Assembly (NCBI GenBank): GCA_964016885.1
Contig: OZ024741.1
Coordinates: forward strand, 329,468,001 to 329,532,000
Length of the DNA stretch: 64,000 nt
DNA from: Eledone cirrhosa
Lineage: Eukaryota
Reading direction: 5' to 3'
This document shows, in pieces, positions 1 to 14,905 of the stretch. The translations under genes were made by a program, and so were the position numbers. How positions within the stretch are numbered: position 1 is the stretch's first letter; every line of letters begins with the position of its first letter. The notes beneath the pieces were generated by a model, which was not told the DNA's origin, did no database searches, and saw nothing but the letters and a program-made list of their open reading frames with translations.

Positions 1-388
1 AAGCTGTTAACGGTAGTGGTAGTTTAAAGAGAGGAGGAGGGAGTCGGTTTACTAAAGCAGCCAGCCAACACAGTTAAGTGTACAGATGTTAAGTGGAAGA
101 GAAAGTGTGTGTGTGTGTGTTCGTGTGTATGGAAATGTGTGAGTGTGTGAATAATGTGTGCGTGCAGAAAATTATGAAGGGGGGGGGGGCAGGGGGTATG
201 CGCGTATCTATGTGTGTGTTTTTTGTGTTTGTGGGAGGATAAATGAGTGTTTGTGTATGTGCTCTCATGTGTGTGATTGGGAGAGAATGTGTGTGTTGAA
301 GGAGGGTATAAATGTGCGTTTATATGTATGCGTGTGCTTGGGAGAGAGTGTGAGTGATTTTATGTGTACATGTGTGTGCGTGTTTGCA

Positions 389-423
<35 letters not shown>

Positions 424-804
424 AAATCGGTCGGAAACCAATTTATTATTGTTGTTGTTATTGTTTTTGTTGTTATTGTTGATTATGAGGTTGGTTGTGG
501 TGGTGGTGGTGGAAACGTTGGTGGTATTTGATGATGGTGGTAGTTGTGGTGGGGTGGCTAATGATTTGGTGATGGCGGTGGCGGTGGTTGTAAGTTGTAA
601 TATTAGTGGCGGTAATGGTTTTGGTAATGAATGTTGCTGGTTGTTAGAGGGAGAGGGGGGTGGAGACAATGCTAATATCTATGATTTCAGAGAAGCGAAT
701 TCTTCGACTATATACTGGGTTATATCATAACCTAATTCTTGGTACTTTTTACGTGTGGAAACATCAGTAGAGTCAGGAATTGTATTTTATTTGTAAAGTT
801 TGAT

Positions 805-977
805 AATGATTTCAAATTTCGACACACGTCAAGCAATTGGGAGGGTGGTGGTCGGTTAAAATGTTCCCTAGTACATAACTGGTACTTTATTTTATCAGCC
901 GCAGATGGATGAAAAGTTAAGTTGACCTTGGTGGGATTTGAACTCGGAATGTAACAAACCAGAACAAATGCCGCTAA
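805..977 (-). mobile_element. Nin-type SINE, degraded
   Basis: ctggtactttattttatc...ggatgaaa...gggatttgaactc. Confidence 0.7.
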
Positions 978-999
978 TCAAATGTATGACATTTTATCA

Positions 1000-1250
1000 T
1001 CGCATTCACAATCGTAAGGTTGTGAGCTCGATTCCCGGAGCGGGTGCAAAACACTTTATTTCACATTGCTTCAGTTCACTAAGCCTTGGAAATGAGTTGC
1101 GATGTGTCTGGTGCCAAGTTATTGGCCTTAGCCTTTTTCTTGGACCAAATTGGTGGCGTGGTGAGTGGAGACTGGTATGTACGATCAACTGTTGGTCTTC
1201 CATAAAACACCATGCCCAGACTTGTACCTCAATGGTGAAACTTTCTAGGT
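1000..1250 (+). mobile_element. Second tRNA-derived SINE family
   Basis: B-box-like gagctcgattccc, then acactttatttcacattgcttcagttcact, shared with the copy at 4725-5010. Confidence 0.55.
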
Positions 1251-1499
1251 TCTTTACCCCAGGATATGTTTATGTATAGCGAGACTTAAATATATCGTAT
1301 TTGACTTCATATAAACCTCTCTATTACTATCAAGTACGAATATTAAACCGTTTAGTACCAAAACACCTGAAACTGATACTGTGTTATGCAATATTGAATT
1401 GTTTATTTTAAAGTACCTATACTTATCTAAAAAAAAAAAACCTTCCATCGTGATTTTATGTAAGAACATTTGTTAAATTATCTTCCAAACACTAGCATG

Positions 1500-1675
1500 A
1501 TAATGGTTTCTGATTTAAGCACAAGGCCAACAATTTTCGGGTTGGGGAAAGTCGACCCCAGTGTGTTACTGGTACTTTATTTTATCTACCCAGTAAGGAT
1601 GAAAAGCAAAGCTAACCTCGGCGGGATTTGAACTCAGTACATAAAGGGCCGTAACTCTATGCTGCAATAGCATAA
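1500..1675 (-). mobile_element. Nin-type SINE
   Basis: Same core and B-box in reverse orientation. Confidence 0.8.
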
Positions 1676-2057
1676 TAACGAACATGTTAGTTATATTTCT
1701 AAATCCCTCCACATTTATCATTATTTTCCAAATTGATTGGAAATTATAAGCAACAACTTCCATTACAATATGGCATCGAAAGAGTTTAACATACTTCTCA
1801 GCACACTTTATAAGGACTTTTCTGAATTTATCTAGTACATAACAGTCATATTACACAATACTATTTATCCATTGTCACTATATAAACTCCTTTATAAGGT
1901 ACATCTTTTATGAGGAAGGTACAACATATAAATTCCAATAATTTTGCATGATTCAACCCCAAAGTGAGGACATAAAGACATCTGAAATCCGTCTTCGCTT
2001 CTACACATAAAGGTACCTAACTCAACACAGAGATTTACGACACTACGCACACACACG

Positions 2058-2115
<58 letters not shown>

Positions 2116-2573
2116 CATGGACCAACCAAGCGCTCTTGCCATAATAACACTTTTTGAACTGCTTATCCTCAAGAACTATGCCTGTAATTAAAATATTATT
2201 CTTTCTTTCCCATGTCCTTAACATATCACCTTATCTTCTCTCCAGCATGTTATACGAATACAAATTCCCCCCTTTGACAATGCATAAAATGCTGAAACCG
2301 GTAATAGACAATTATTAAATATATAAATAAATAAATAAATGCCATTGTTAATTAATAAATAAATTAACTAAAACCTTAACACTTCACACAAAGTAAAATA
2401 TTTTGTTTTAAACCCAGAAAAAAGAGAAAAAACAAAAGGAAAAAAAAATATATATATATATATATTTTTCTTTTCTTCCTAATAGTCGTCTTTTTCTCCC
2501 TATTTACATATATATATATAAATATGTATTCCAACTCGTGTGCTCCTTCTCCACATTTTATAATAATTATTAT

Positions 2574-2644
<71 letters not shown>

Positions 2645-2682
2645 ATATTAACAAATGGAAACTATATTTATAAAACCATATT

Positions 2683-2748
2683 TATTTCACTATACATATT
2701 TCAAGGGACACCAAGGCAAACTATGGTGAGCTTTCATCAGATAAAATA
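2683..2748 (-). ncRNA. Type I hammerhead ribozyme (L-type arm, element 2641-2804)
   Basis: UAUUUUAU-CUGAUGA-AAG..CACCA..UGGUG..CUU-GAAA-UAUGUA-UA-GUGAAAUA. Confidence 0.7.
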
Positions 2749-3167
2749 TAATATAGATTAATTTTATAAATAAATATTGACATACCCTGAAAAAATGCAA
2801 CCATAGAGAGAGAGAGGGGGGGGATTGGAATTAGCACGGAAAATATATTTAGGGGTCTGTTTTTCCTTTCTTTGATTCGTCAAAAAATGAGAGGGACAAT
2901 TCATTTAAAAAAATAGTTTTATGATGTATATAAAGTATATAAAGTATTACCGGTTTCGATGTATTAGTAAAATTCATTTCATCAAATGTTACAATTAAAA
3001 AGAATTAATAAGAATTGAAAACTAAAAGTTTTAAAAGATTTAAAAGTAAGAGTTGAGGCAAGATGTTTATCTTCCTTGTTGAGAAGGATGCCGGGAAAAT
3101 GAACTCTTGTACAAAGAGAGGTGTAATCATGGTAATAGCAGCTTGCATGTATGTGTGTGTGTGTGTG

Positions 3168-3348
<181 letters not shown>

Positions 3349-3670
3349 AAAATGTAAACGGAAGCAAAAAACAAAAACAGTACAATGAAGAAATATATTA
3401 ATTTAATGGTTGATAGAGTAGGGAGAGAATCTTTACATTTTTGACACTAGTCTTTCATCAGAAGAGAAAATGAGAAATAAAAGATGAAATGGAAAAATAA
3501 AGAAAAGAGGAATGTACGGAAATATATTTTTAGAAAGAAAACCCGTGTGTATTCAGTCAGCCAATATATGTATGTGTGTGTGTGCGTGTGTGGGGGGGTG
3601 CATACATATGTACATATGCATATGTATGTGTATGCAAGTATATATATATATATATACGTATATATGTCTG

Positions 3671-3760
<90 letters not shown>

Positions 3761-3825
3761 CATACATATATATGTACATGCACTCACAGACACAGACACA
3801 CACACACATGCATATATATATATAT

Positions 3826-3889
<64 letters not shown>

Positions 3890-4724
3890 ACTAATTGTGG
3901 TGGCTTTTCTATGTAAAACGATACACATTAAACGATCCAATTCGAGATAGAAAATCCAGGATGAGTTGGCGATAAAGGAGAAGGATTTCGTTACGTGGAT
4001 AATGGTTTTAATATCAGATTGGTCAATTGATACCATGTTACTGGCAAAAGTTCATGCTTTGAGCAGATGTTTAGGTATAGAAGGATAAACTATCAATAAT
4101 ATCAAATTGCGTGAATTTGCAATATTTGTGTCGTTAATACCGTTTAACTATTCTATTACAGATGGTCTGTTGTTCCATAATTGGATCGAAATAGCATTTT
4201 TTTTTATTTCTGTCTTTTGGATACTGTTGTTGTTGTTGCTGTTTCTAAGTGTAATAGAATCTAGACTGTGCTTGCTAGCCATACCTAGTTTAGCTTTTAT
4301 GGTTGCTAGAAATATTAACTTTATGATCTTAACACGTCATATATGGTTATGTGAGGTTAAATATGCTACTCCCTGTAGAATGCTCAGTCACTTACACGTT
4401 TTTATTATTTCAAGAAGAGGCCGTTCAGTTCTTCAAACAACTGAAACACTTTTCGTCGGAATCGACGCAAGTCCAACACTACTTTATATAGAAGCTAGTG
4501 GTAATATCTTTAGTCTATTCCAAACGCTATGTTACTTTATAATTGAATACAAATAACATTTGACTTTTGTTCTAGGTATAATGAAATATAGGTTGTGCTA
4601 GCTAACCTAGCGTGGCTTTGGTGAAATTGATTAACCTATATTTAGGGTCACTAGAGATATTAGCTTTGTGAGCTTTGCGTCATATGTGGTATACATGGTG
4701 CCAAAAATAGTAGTATATAGTTGT

Positions 4725-5010
4725 GAAGGCGTGTGGCTTAATGAGTAGGGCGTTCGAATCCTGGCGTCGCGAGGTGTCTTTAAGCAAGACACTTTATTTT
4801 ACATTGCTTCTGTTCACTCAGCTGGAGAATAATTATGTGTATCTGTAATTCATTGGGGGCAGCCTTTTTACGCATTTTTCACGGTAAATCTCTCTGAGAA
4901 TTTCTTTAAGAGTATACGAGATTGTGGAATGCTCAACCTCTTGCACATTTAATTTCAAGAGCAGGCTGTTCCATTGTTCGAACAACCAGTACACTCGTCG
5001 TTAGAACCGA
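4725..5010 (+). mobile_element. Second tRNA-derived SINE family
   Basis: gtgtggcttaatgag...gttcgaatcc...gcaagacactttattttacattgcttctgttcactc. A 3' part also occurs at about 4370-4470. Confidence 0.55.
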
Positions 5011-5700
5011 TACATCTCTACTTTATAAAGAAACAAGGGGCATCTCTACTTTATAAAGAAACAAGGTGCAATATTCTTTATTCTATTACAGATTATTTGT
5101 TTTTCCATAAATAGTATTTTCTTTGTTTTTGTTTTTTTGTGTGATTTTTGGTTTTTGCTTTTTTTGTTTGTTTGTATTTTATACTAGGCCTAATGGACTA
5201 TATATTGTGGCTGCTAACGATACCTATCTCGGCTTTGGCGGGGTTCATTAGCTTACATTTAGGGTTATTAGAGATGTTAACTTTATGGTTTTTTAAATGT
5301 AATATATAGTTTACGATAGGTTAAATATACAATTCTGTAGTCTATATAGAAACTAGTGGTAATACTTTTAACTTCAATGTTTATGGAATTATATGTGCTA
5401 GTGTCTGATTATAAATTCTTGTTTAAAGAAGAACAAGAGACAGAAAAGGGAGTAATCAGTACTGAAAGTAAAATGATATAATGTATTGAATTGGAATATC
5501 GAATTATATTTATTACACCAATATGGAAACGTTTCTATTTAAAAAACCGATTCAGATAAAACAATTACGTGTTACGCTATATGAAACCAGAGGACCTTGG
5601 ATATTCGGATTTAGTTTCACACTCGCAGCTGACTAATGTCAATGAAAACTTGGATAGTCAAGAATATTCAGAATCCCACATTTCAACAGATTCTTACGAT

Positions 5701-5769
<69 letters not shown>

Positions 5770-5785
5770 TGCTCTCTCTCCACAC

Positions 5786-5905
<120 letters not shown>

Positions 5906-6000
5906 TATGTGTATCGGCCGATGACAACCCCGTTTTTCCTCTTTAAATGTATTCACCCTATTTTATAATCTATTTTACAGCATCACTGCTCATTAGCACA

Positions 6001-6044
<44 letters not shown>

Positions 6045-6136
6045 TCTCTCTTTATATATATATATCACAACTGGACGGTAATAAGTGACCAGCGACATAT
6101 CCCCATGATTGCATAACTAAACCTATGATTATATAA

Positions 6137-6187
6137 GCATCTGATGAAGTGACATGCATAATCATCTAACAGAAATATATATCAGGC
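6137..6187 (+). ncRNA. Degenerate hammerhead ribozyme
   Basis: gcat ctgatga ... gaaa tatata tc aggc; stem II is poorly paired. Confidence 0.4.
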
Positions 6188-6342
6188 AATAAAGCAATTA
6201 TGGTGAAGTCTTAACTACTCCCAATTGGATAAATGAATACTAATTCATTCCTAATCACCAACTTTTAGCTGGGATAAACTACTGGTGTGAAGTGCTTTGG
6301 AATCGCTCGGACCGCAGTTACATAACAACCACGTATAAGCAA

Positions 6343-6392
<50 letters not shown>

Positions 6393-6703
6393 CTTTTTCT
6401 TTTCACTTCTTAAACCTTGTTTGTAAATAACATTATTCTTTCTGCACCTTCTGTTTAACATGTGCGACACCACACTAATACATTTCACTATCATTTGATA
6501 ATGCATATAAATGCTGAAACCGGTAATAGACAATAATTAAATATATAAATAGATAAATAAATGCCATTGTTAAATAATAAACAAATCAACTAATACCTTA
6601 ACACTTCACACAAAGTAAAACATTTCGTTTTAATCATTTTCTAACTCAGAAAAAAAGAGAGAGAGAAACAAAAAAGGAAAAAAGTATATTTTTCTTCCTC
6701 TGT

Positions 6704-6761
<58 letters not shown>

Positions 6762-6991
6762 ATAGATTGAGTTAGAAACTCAAAATAGTCTTTTACAAAG
6801 AAAGGAATCTTTCCGACCCGTGTAATAGCTATTGCCCGATATAGGTCTGTTATTTTTATTGATTTATTACTTTAAATCGAGTCAGACAAACCATATTTTT
6901 TTTAATTAATATTTTTTCAACCTAGCTGTGTCATTTGCAATTGGAACGCATGTATACTTATATCTGTGCTCATCCCTCTCATATATCCAAT

Positions 6992-7074
<83 letters not shown>

Positions 7075-7321
7075 ACACATATGTTTTACGATTAATGATT
7101 ACTTCAAAACGAATAAATAGATAAAAATACGTTCTCGAAGTAGTGAGTGACTAAAAGGGATATTAGTAAAGAGAAAGAGAGAGAGAATGTGGAACAACAT
7201 CTCTTTTGATTTTCTTACAGAAGGGTGGTGGCAGCGTTAGGGAGGAGTTGGGGCGAAATTTGCATTTTACTTTTGTATTTTGTATAATTTTTTTGTTATA
7301 TATATATATGTATATATATGT

Positions 7322-7485
7322 GATTGTTTCTATTTTTGGCACAAGGCCACCAATTATCCCAGTGCATTACTGGTACTTTATTTTATCGACTGCGTAGGGC
7401 TGAAAGGCAAAGTTAACCTCGGCGGGGATTTGAACTCAGAACGTAAAGCATGGTGTCTGACGTTGTACCGATACTGCCAATCTAT
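7322..7485 (-). mobile_element. Nin-type SINE
   Basis: Same core and B-box in reverse orientation. Confidence 0.8.
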
Positions 7486-7726
7486 CAACGAAAGACAGTT
7501 ACTTTAGACCATCCCAATTTATCTTATTATACGTATTTCGAAGATGTAAGGCTTATGTATAACATAAGCCAAAACATGTTCTCTTCAGACAAAATCCACT
7601 GGAGATGTAGAAGTCATTCGATATGCAGGCGGTCAGACGAACTGTTCTTATCATATCCAACAAAACTTACATTTTTGAAATACGTAAACTAAAATAAATT
7701 GGAATGGTCTAAAGAAACTGTGCTTC

Positions 7727-7766
<40 letters not shown>

Positions 7767-7769
7767 GTT

Positions 7770-8048
7770 GTTCTTTGAGTCTCAGTCATTGATGTTAGTT
7801 AACTGGAAAGTTTGTTGAAATGAATATCAAGCCACTACCTGCAGCCTCAGATATTCAGGACGTATCGGAGGGTTCTTGCTGTTCCCAGCAAGCATGCCTT
7901 CTGAAGCGTTCCAAAAAGCGTGAAGGGGCCAATTTTCTTTAACCATCCCTGGAAACTTTTTGAGATAGTCCCTAGTGCGCCTATGACAATCGGGATCACT
8001 TTGACTTCATGGCAGTTCCAAATCCTTTTTACCTCCCACTTTAAGTCC

Positions 8049-8050
<2 letters not shown>
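7770..8050 (-). mobile_element. 5'-truncated R4/Dong-like 3' fragment inserted in (TAA)n
   Basis: KDLKWEVKRIW...VIPIVIGALG...LQKACLLGTARTLRYVLNI is the RLE C-terminus. (TTA)n lies on both sides. Confidence 0.8.
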
Positions 8051-8098
<48 letters not shown>

Positions 8099-8152
8099 GT
8101 TGTTGTTGTTGTTTTTGTTGTTGTTGTAGTTGTTGTTGTTGTTATTATTATA

Positions 8153-8345
8153 GGGCACTGGATTGGCTGCATCGGTAGAGGGTCGGGCGCCATGCTTTTC
8201 AGCATAGTTACGTCCCTTACGGTCTGAGTTCAAATCCCGCCAAAGTTAACTTTACCTTTCATCCTTAAGGGGTCGATAAAATAAAATACCAGCAATGTAC
8301 TTGGATAATTGGTCGCCTTGTACCAAAAGTAGAAACAATTATTAT
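8153..8345 (+). mobile_element. Nin-type SINE
   Basis: Full head, core and tail. Confidence 0.85.
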
Positions 8346-8737
8346 TATAATAAAACTCCGGTTAAACATATATTGCCGAGGGCTTGAAATCTGTTATATA
8401 TTAGTCAGCTGATTGTAATTCAACTGACTCTTTTTCATTGAACAAATATATATATATTTTTACTGAAAAAATCGAATAATGTACACCATTTTACCAGGGG
8501 GAAAAAAATACTGGTCCACCCACACACACACGCACACATTCTCACACACACACACACATATATACACACACACATACACACGCGTACATTAACATACAAA
8601 GAGACTTATACACACACACACACGCACGTCTCCGTATAAGACAAAAGCTGAAAAATATCTTTTGACATGCTAAAATACCCCCCATTGCTTACAGACACAT
8701 TCTTACTGACCATCCCTGCTACCACGAATTACTCTGC

Positions 8738-8776
<39 letters not shown>

Positions 8777-8842
8777 ATCTTAATAGCCATTTGACACACA
8801 TCCCTGCTAACCATTATCACAACATCGAACACCTTACTACTA

Positions 8843-8886
<44 letters not shown>

Positions 8887-8910
8887 TTGTTGTGAAAGAG
8901 TCATTTCTCA

Positions 8911-9155
8911 ATCTTGGCGCAAAACCAATTTTTTATTCATATGACCTCTACCGACCAATCAAAATTGTTTTGACCACAAGAATTTTTGCAAACACCAAGT
9001 AGCGCTGGAGCCACTTTTTTAACATAAAAACAGTCTTGGCGCAAAATCAATTTTTTACATTCACATGACCTCTACTGACCAATCAAAATTGTTTTGACCA
9101 CAAGAATTTTTGCAACACCAAAGTAGCGGTGGAGCCACTTTTTTAACATAAAAAC
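8911..9155. repeat. Tandem duplication, 2 x ~123 bp
   Basis: tcttggcgcaaaa...ggagccacttttttaacataaaaaca is repeated. Confidence 0.85.
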
Positions 9156-9374
9156 AGGTAGAATTCCCAAAACTAATCAGATCAGAGCAAACAACACGGA
9201 CACTCTATCTCAAAATTATTTTTGAAAAGCATTTAGAAATGCGCAACCGGTAAAAATTTAAAAACTTAAAACCACAACTGAATACTAACCTATACAATTA
9301 CTAATACTCTTTTATTCCTAATTAAACCATTTTTTCAACTGTGAACAATTTGTCAGCATTTTCTATTCCGTTTA

Positions 9375-9471
<97 letters not shown>

Positions 9472-9474
9472 TAT

Positions 9475-9655
9475 ATAGGAAAAAGTATGACCCCGACGGC
9501 AGAGCTCAAGCCGTTTCGACGGCTATTTCTGGACTGAGAAACGGCTTGAGCTCTGTCGTCGGGGTCATACTTTTTCCTATTTTCCACTCTACTACCCTAA
9601 GTATTGAGTACTCTGGTGCGTTATGGTCCATCTGGTACCTTACCACAATTCCTTC

Positions 9656-9660
<5 letters not shown>
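9475..9660. repeat. (TA)n-associated repeat family with internal palindrome; related copies at 14498-14670, 36640-36710 and 42698-42830
   Basis: ataggaaaaagtatgaccccgacggcagagctcaagccgtttc pairs with gaaacggcttgagctctgtcgtcggggtcatactttttcctat. The shared body is ccactctactaccctaagtatcgagtactctggtgcgttatggtcca. Confidence 0.75.
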
Positions 9661-9706
<46 letters not shown>

Positions 9707-10909
9707 TTTAAATCTACTTGCTGGGGGATATGGTGGGGTTATGATGGTGGTTATAGTGGTGGTTGTGGTGGAGGTTATGGTTGAGGGTTATGGTGGGGGT
9801 TGTGGTGGGTGTATGTAGGAGGTTGTGGTGGGGATTATGGTGGGGGAGTGATCGTGTAGAATGGCTTTTTCTCCTTTTACTTTTCTTCGGTATCTACTAG
9901 TGTAAAAATTTAAAAAAAACAAGGTTAAGATGATATTGTTTTTTTTACACTTCCGTAAGCGCTGCAGCTTCCGGTACGACAAGCAATATACAAAAAGGTG
10001 TGCAAAAGATTGTTGTTGTTGTTGTTCTTGTTGTATTTTGTTTTTATTTATATTTTTTGTTTGTTATTTTGTAATCGAAGACGAAATGACTTCGGTTTAT
10101 ATTTTGTTGTTGTTGTTTTTAGGTAGGATGGTGACGTACTTGTTTTTATTTCTTATTTCAATCTTTTATTTCTGTTTTTTTTTTACTTTTTATTTTATTT
10201 GTATTTATGTCATGTTTTTATAAATCTTTATTTTCCTTAATTTTTTCACATTTTTAAATTATCTTTGTTTCATTTTAATTTAATTTGGTTTCTTTATTTG
10301 TATTTTTATTTGTTTTTTTATATATATACTTTTTTTCTTTATTTTTTATTTGATTATTATATTTTTGTTCCATGTAAGTTCTGAACTATTACACCCTTAC
10401 TTGCCATAGAGAGAGCTTCGAAAGTTTTAACAGACAATGGTGTCTAGTTTCGTTATAGAACGGCGTTACGGTGGTTTTGTTGTTACCCTTATTGTTGTCA
10501 TTGTTGTTGTTCGTCTTGTTGTTGTTGCCCTTGTTTTTGCTCTAGTTGTTGTTGCTGTTGTTGTTGCTACTATTTTTCTTGTTGCTGCTCTTATTGTCGT
10601 CGTCGTCGTCGTCGAAGTTCGTCTTGTGGTTGTTGTTGCGCTTGTTGTTGCTCTTGTGGTTGTTGTTGTTGTTATTGCTACTGCTGTTTTTGTTGGTGCT
10701 GTTATTGTTGTTGTCGTCGTCGTTGCTCGTCTTGTTGTTCTTGTTGTTGTTGTTGTCCATGTTGTGAAGAGGAAGGGGTAGCCGCCTTTGTTCTTTGAAA
10801 AAGGGAGAAGTTCATTTTTTGCTCTTATTTTGAATTTTTATTATTATTTAGGCTCTTACAATACATGCTCGAAGTTTTCCAATAATATTTGTGTGTGTCT
10901 GTGTGTATA

Positions 10910-10975
<66 letters not shown>

Positions 10976-10999
10976 AGCTTAAATCGTTTCGATAGCAAA

Positions 11000-12870
11000 C
11001 ACTAAAACTTGAAATAGGACTTTATAAACTACATCATAAACCTAATGAAAATCTGCATTATCTTCACCTACTTTCTAGCCACTACTTTCTATCCATTAAC
11101 TAGGTCAGGATATAAAGATAATGTTACTTATATTTTCGAGGATATTAGAAATCAAAGACCCTTTATCTGTAATATTGTTAGAGTAAGCAGACATAGTGTT
11201 AATTTGGGTTATATCTCATATAGTCAAACTGGAAATATTTGATCTGAAGCATTTACTAGTCGAAGGATTTTATCAAAATCAATTTACATTCATTTAAATC
11301 ACGGTTTACCAGCCTGGACGATATCGCCCACCGTTGGGCGATTTCAACTGTGAGTAGGCGATGAACAACTGAATATAAAAAGGTTGGTGATTGGAAATTT
11401 TGGTCGACAATATGGGATTTTGTGTATTAAGAAGCTATTTCAACATATGCTAACCAAAAACAATATTCAAAGAACCTGTGTGGAAAAACAACAGGCTAAT
11501 TAGGAATGGGAATAACGAATCCGTAACAAACTTTAACCAAACATTTTTGGTATGCTTTTAAATAATTACTATACAGGTGGGCGGTGGAAAATGTTTCCAT
11601 GTGAAAATGGGCGATGATACAAAAAAGGTTGGGTGTCCTTGATTTAAATAATGTGTTCAAATCTAAATTTGTAATTTCAAAAGATGGAAACCTAAGGTTA
11701 AATATTAATAAGAAGAATCCAACAATAGATAATAAGTTTAGTCTAAAATATGTTAAAATTGAACACAATAATTTTCTAAATGGCAGTTATAAGTTCCAAG
11801 TGCCTACTAATAAAAGAATTAAAAAATGTTAAATGCCTGATATGATCCAAGTATTGTCTAAAATATCAAAGTTACTTTTTATTATTATCAAAACAACTAA
11901 GGGCGGTGGATTGACAGTGTCGGTAGAGGGCCGGACGCCATGCTTTGCAGCATAGAGTTACGGTCCTTTATTATCTGAGTTCAAATCCCGCCGAGGCTAA
12001 CTTTGCCTTTCATCCTTACGGGGTCGATAAAATAAAGTACCAGTCACGCACTGGGGTCGATTTAATCGACTTTCCCCTCCGCCAAAATTGCTGGCCTTGT
12101 GCCTATATAAGAAACAATTATTATCAAAACAACTTCCCATCTGGGTAAAGATACAATAATGTTATTAATAAAAATACAGTGAATATTTTATACTCCCCAA
12201 CACCTAGCTGACAATATAGCTTTTTGTGACCATAAGAAAATGAAAATGCTTATTGATAATTCTAATAAACGTGTTGACATGGTTATATTAAGAAGTCCAT
12301 TAGCTAAGTAAAATAAAGCATCTAAAGTACTAAATATAAATTTCAATAATATAAATATTGAAAATATCACAGAAGATATACACTCCTACAGATCCACCGA
12401 ACGCGATAGAATATCTATAAATAGTAAATCAGCAAATATGGAGCGTAATTGTAGAATCCCTAAGAATTATCCTCATAAACAACGATGTCTCAGAGAGTAT
12501 GCAGTATATAAATGTACAGTTGTTACAGGAACTTGCCGCAATTTTTATATGGGAGCTGTATCAAATTCTTTTAAGAAACAGTACTATTTACATTCCCATA
12601 CTTTTAGAGACCCAAATAAGAAAAACAGTAACTAACTTGCACAATTTATTTGGGGTTTAATTAATTCCACCATATAATATCGTTTACAATAGTATATATA
12701 TGTACTTAATACTGTCAGTCTTTACAAAGCAGGTGATTCTAAATGGAATTTTTGTTCGATCGAAGTTCTAGAAATAACAATGTCTGATAAAGGTCTTTTG
12801 AACCGTGGACAAACAATTATTTGTTGTTGTCCACATAAGTTTCTTATCTTGTTATTCTAGAATGATTTAT
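11000..12870 (+). mobile_element. Highly degraded Penelope-like element interrupted by a SINE
   Basis: CLREYAVYKCTV...FYMGAVSNSFKKQYYLHSHTF...LAQFIW and ...LLNRGQTIICCCPHKF resemble the PLE GIY-YIG C-terminus. NENLHYLHLLSSH resembles the RT thumb region. Confidence 0.6.
11900..12122 (+). mobile_element. tRNA-derived SINE with Nin-like central domain (representative full copy)
   Basis: A-box tgacagtgtcgg, B-box gagttcaaatccc, core gcctttcatccttacggggtcgataaaataaagtaccagt, tail ggccttgtgcc...agaaacaattatt. Confidence 0.85.
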
Positions 12871-13357
12871 GATGCTATATAGATAATTGTTTTTCATTTA
12901 GGGAATTGTCGCTCTTGTTTAAATTCTTTATAATCAATTCCTTATTTTCAAACACTTTTCAAACCTTAATTCCTTTATCATTAGTAAATTAGTGTTGGAT
13001 GGTAAATTTTATTTTGTAAGTATATGATTGCTCACACATGAGTAATAATTAGAAAATAAATTGTTAAATTTTGAATTTTTATTAAAGTTCGATGAATAGA
13101 TAAAAACTTCTTATATTGAATGATTTTTCAAGATTGGTTTATGATCCTATCCAGATAAGAATATGTTTCTTATTTTAGAAAGATATTATAAATATATAAA
13201 TATTCTATTTAAGTCATTCTCTATAATTAAACATTTATCAAATTTATTTCCTTTACTCTGAGTAAGCATATGATAAATAATATTTTTTAATCGCAAGTGA
13301 ATATTTATTCTTGCTGAGTAATAATTTGTTTAAATATCATAATTCATTAATTTTAAA

Positions 13358-13550
13358 TAATTGTTTCTACGTTTGGCACAAGGCCAGCAATTATCCAGTG
13401 CATTACTGGTACTTTATTTTATCGACCCCGTAAGAATGAAAAGCAAAGTAACCTCGGCGGGATTTGAACTCAGAATGGCAAGGGCCGTAACTCTATACGC
13501 CAAAGCATGGCGTCCGACCCTCTACCGATACTGCCAATCCACCGCCCTTA
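13358..13550 (-). mobile_element. Nin-type SINE
   Basis: Full head, core and tail. Confidence 0.85.
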
Positions 13551-14387
13551 TAATAATTATAATATCATAATTCATTAATTTGAAATAATATTTTTGATTA
13601 ATACAATTAAGGTTTGATTTTGATTTTCCTAATTCTGTAGTAATAATTATTATTATTATTAGAGCTATGAATTAGTCCTATGTTTGTAATAATAATAATT
13701 ATTTGTTAGGAATTGTCTCATTGTTATAATTTCTGATACTCCTGTAAATTTTAAAAAAGTTAATTCTATTCTTTATATTGTTAAGCATCCCTATTAAATT
13801 ATACTTTCTAAATACTAGATATGTTTTACCAGAAAGTCTACGATACAATGTCTTATATAGAATTTAAATCTCTTATTTGATAAATTCTAGAACAAGGTGC
13901 TTTCACCCCGCTGGCTACTCACAACGACGCCCCCCCCCCCCCCCCCTACAAACCTCTATCTTATTACCTCTAAGTCTTGTAGATTCTTAAGCTTGCTAAA
14001 AACTATAAGCATGACATACGTTATCTCCCTTCTCTCAACTTAAAAAAAGGGTTTCCTGCCCTTTTCACTTCTACACTCCTATATACATATAAGTGCGACA
14101 GACTGAGAAACAGCCCTTCTTTTAAAATAATAATCATGATGATTGCATAGATTATTCAATTATAACTTCTATCACTTCCCTTCACTTCATTCTTTCACTT
14201 TCTTACTTGTTGCTATTAAATGCGAGTGTCATTTAAAACACATTGTCTATAATGTAATATGAATATATTTACAGTAAGAATGTTCGCACTTAATTTTCCA
14301 TGATTTAAGTACGAAATAATCATTAACGAAGAGCAAAGAATCCCCATAATATATATAAGATTAAGTTTCGAATTACTAACATTCTTC

Positions 14388-14502
<115 letters not shown>

Positions 14503-14677
14503 AAAATAGTCAGTATTACTGCTGGCTTAGTTCGGATCTAGCTGTCGAAACGGCCGGAGCTCAGCCGTCGGGGTCCTGACTCTTTTCCTATTACCCACTC
14601 TACTACCCTAAGTATCGAGTACTCTGGTGCGTTATGGTCCACCTGGTATTTTACCACACCTTCTTTGTCATATATAA

Positions 14678-14711
<34 letters not shown>

Positions 14712-14712
<1 letters not shown>

Positions 14713-14905
14713 ACATCTTTCCCGATGATCTTGAGGATAGTCCGTAAGTAACGTTTATGGAAAGTGTCCAGCTCCTGAGTCACCTTCGATATTTCACTGC
14801 CACATAGAACTGTTGGCAAAACTATTACACTACACAGTTAGACCTTCATTTTAGTGCTGATACTTGATGTTGTCTAGATTTGGCCCATGCACTGGAATAT
14901 GTTTC
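14712..14905 (-). mobile_element. RTE-clade LINE fragment
   Basis: STKMKV..CSVIVLPTVLCGSE...ELDTFHKRYLRTILKI resembles the RTE post-RT region. Confidence 0.6.

Noticed and set aside
10437-10781. Poly-Val hydrophobic ORF
   Set aside because: (GTT)n-derived low-complexity sequence.
11900-11995. tRNA genes at SINE heads
   Set aside because: A/B boxes are present but there is no cloverleaf, and each continues into the SINE core.
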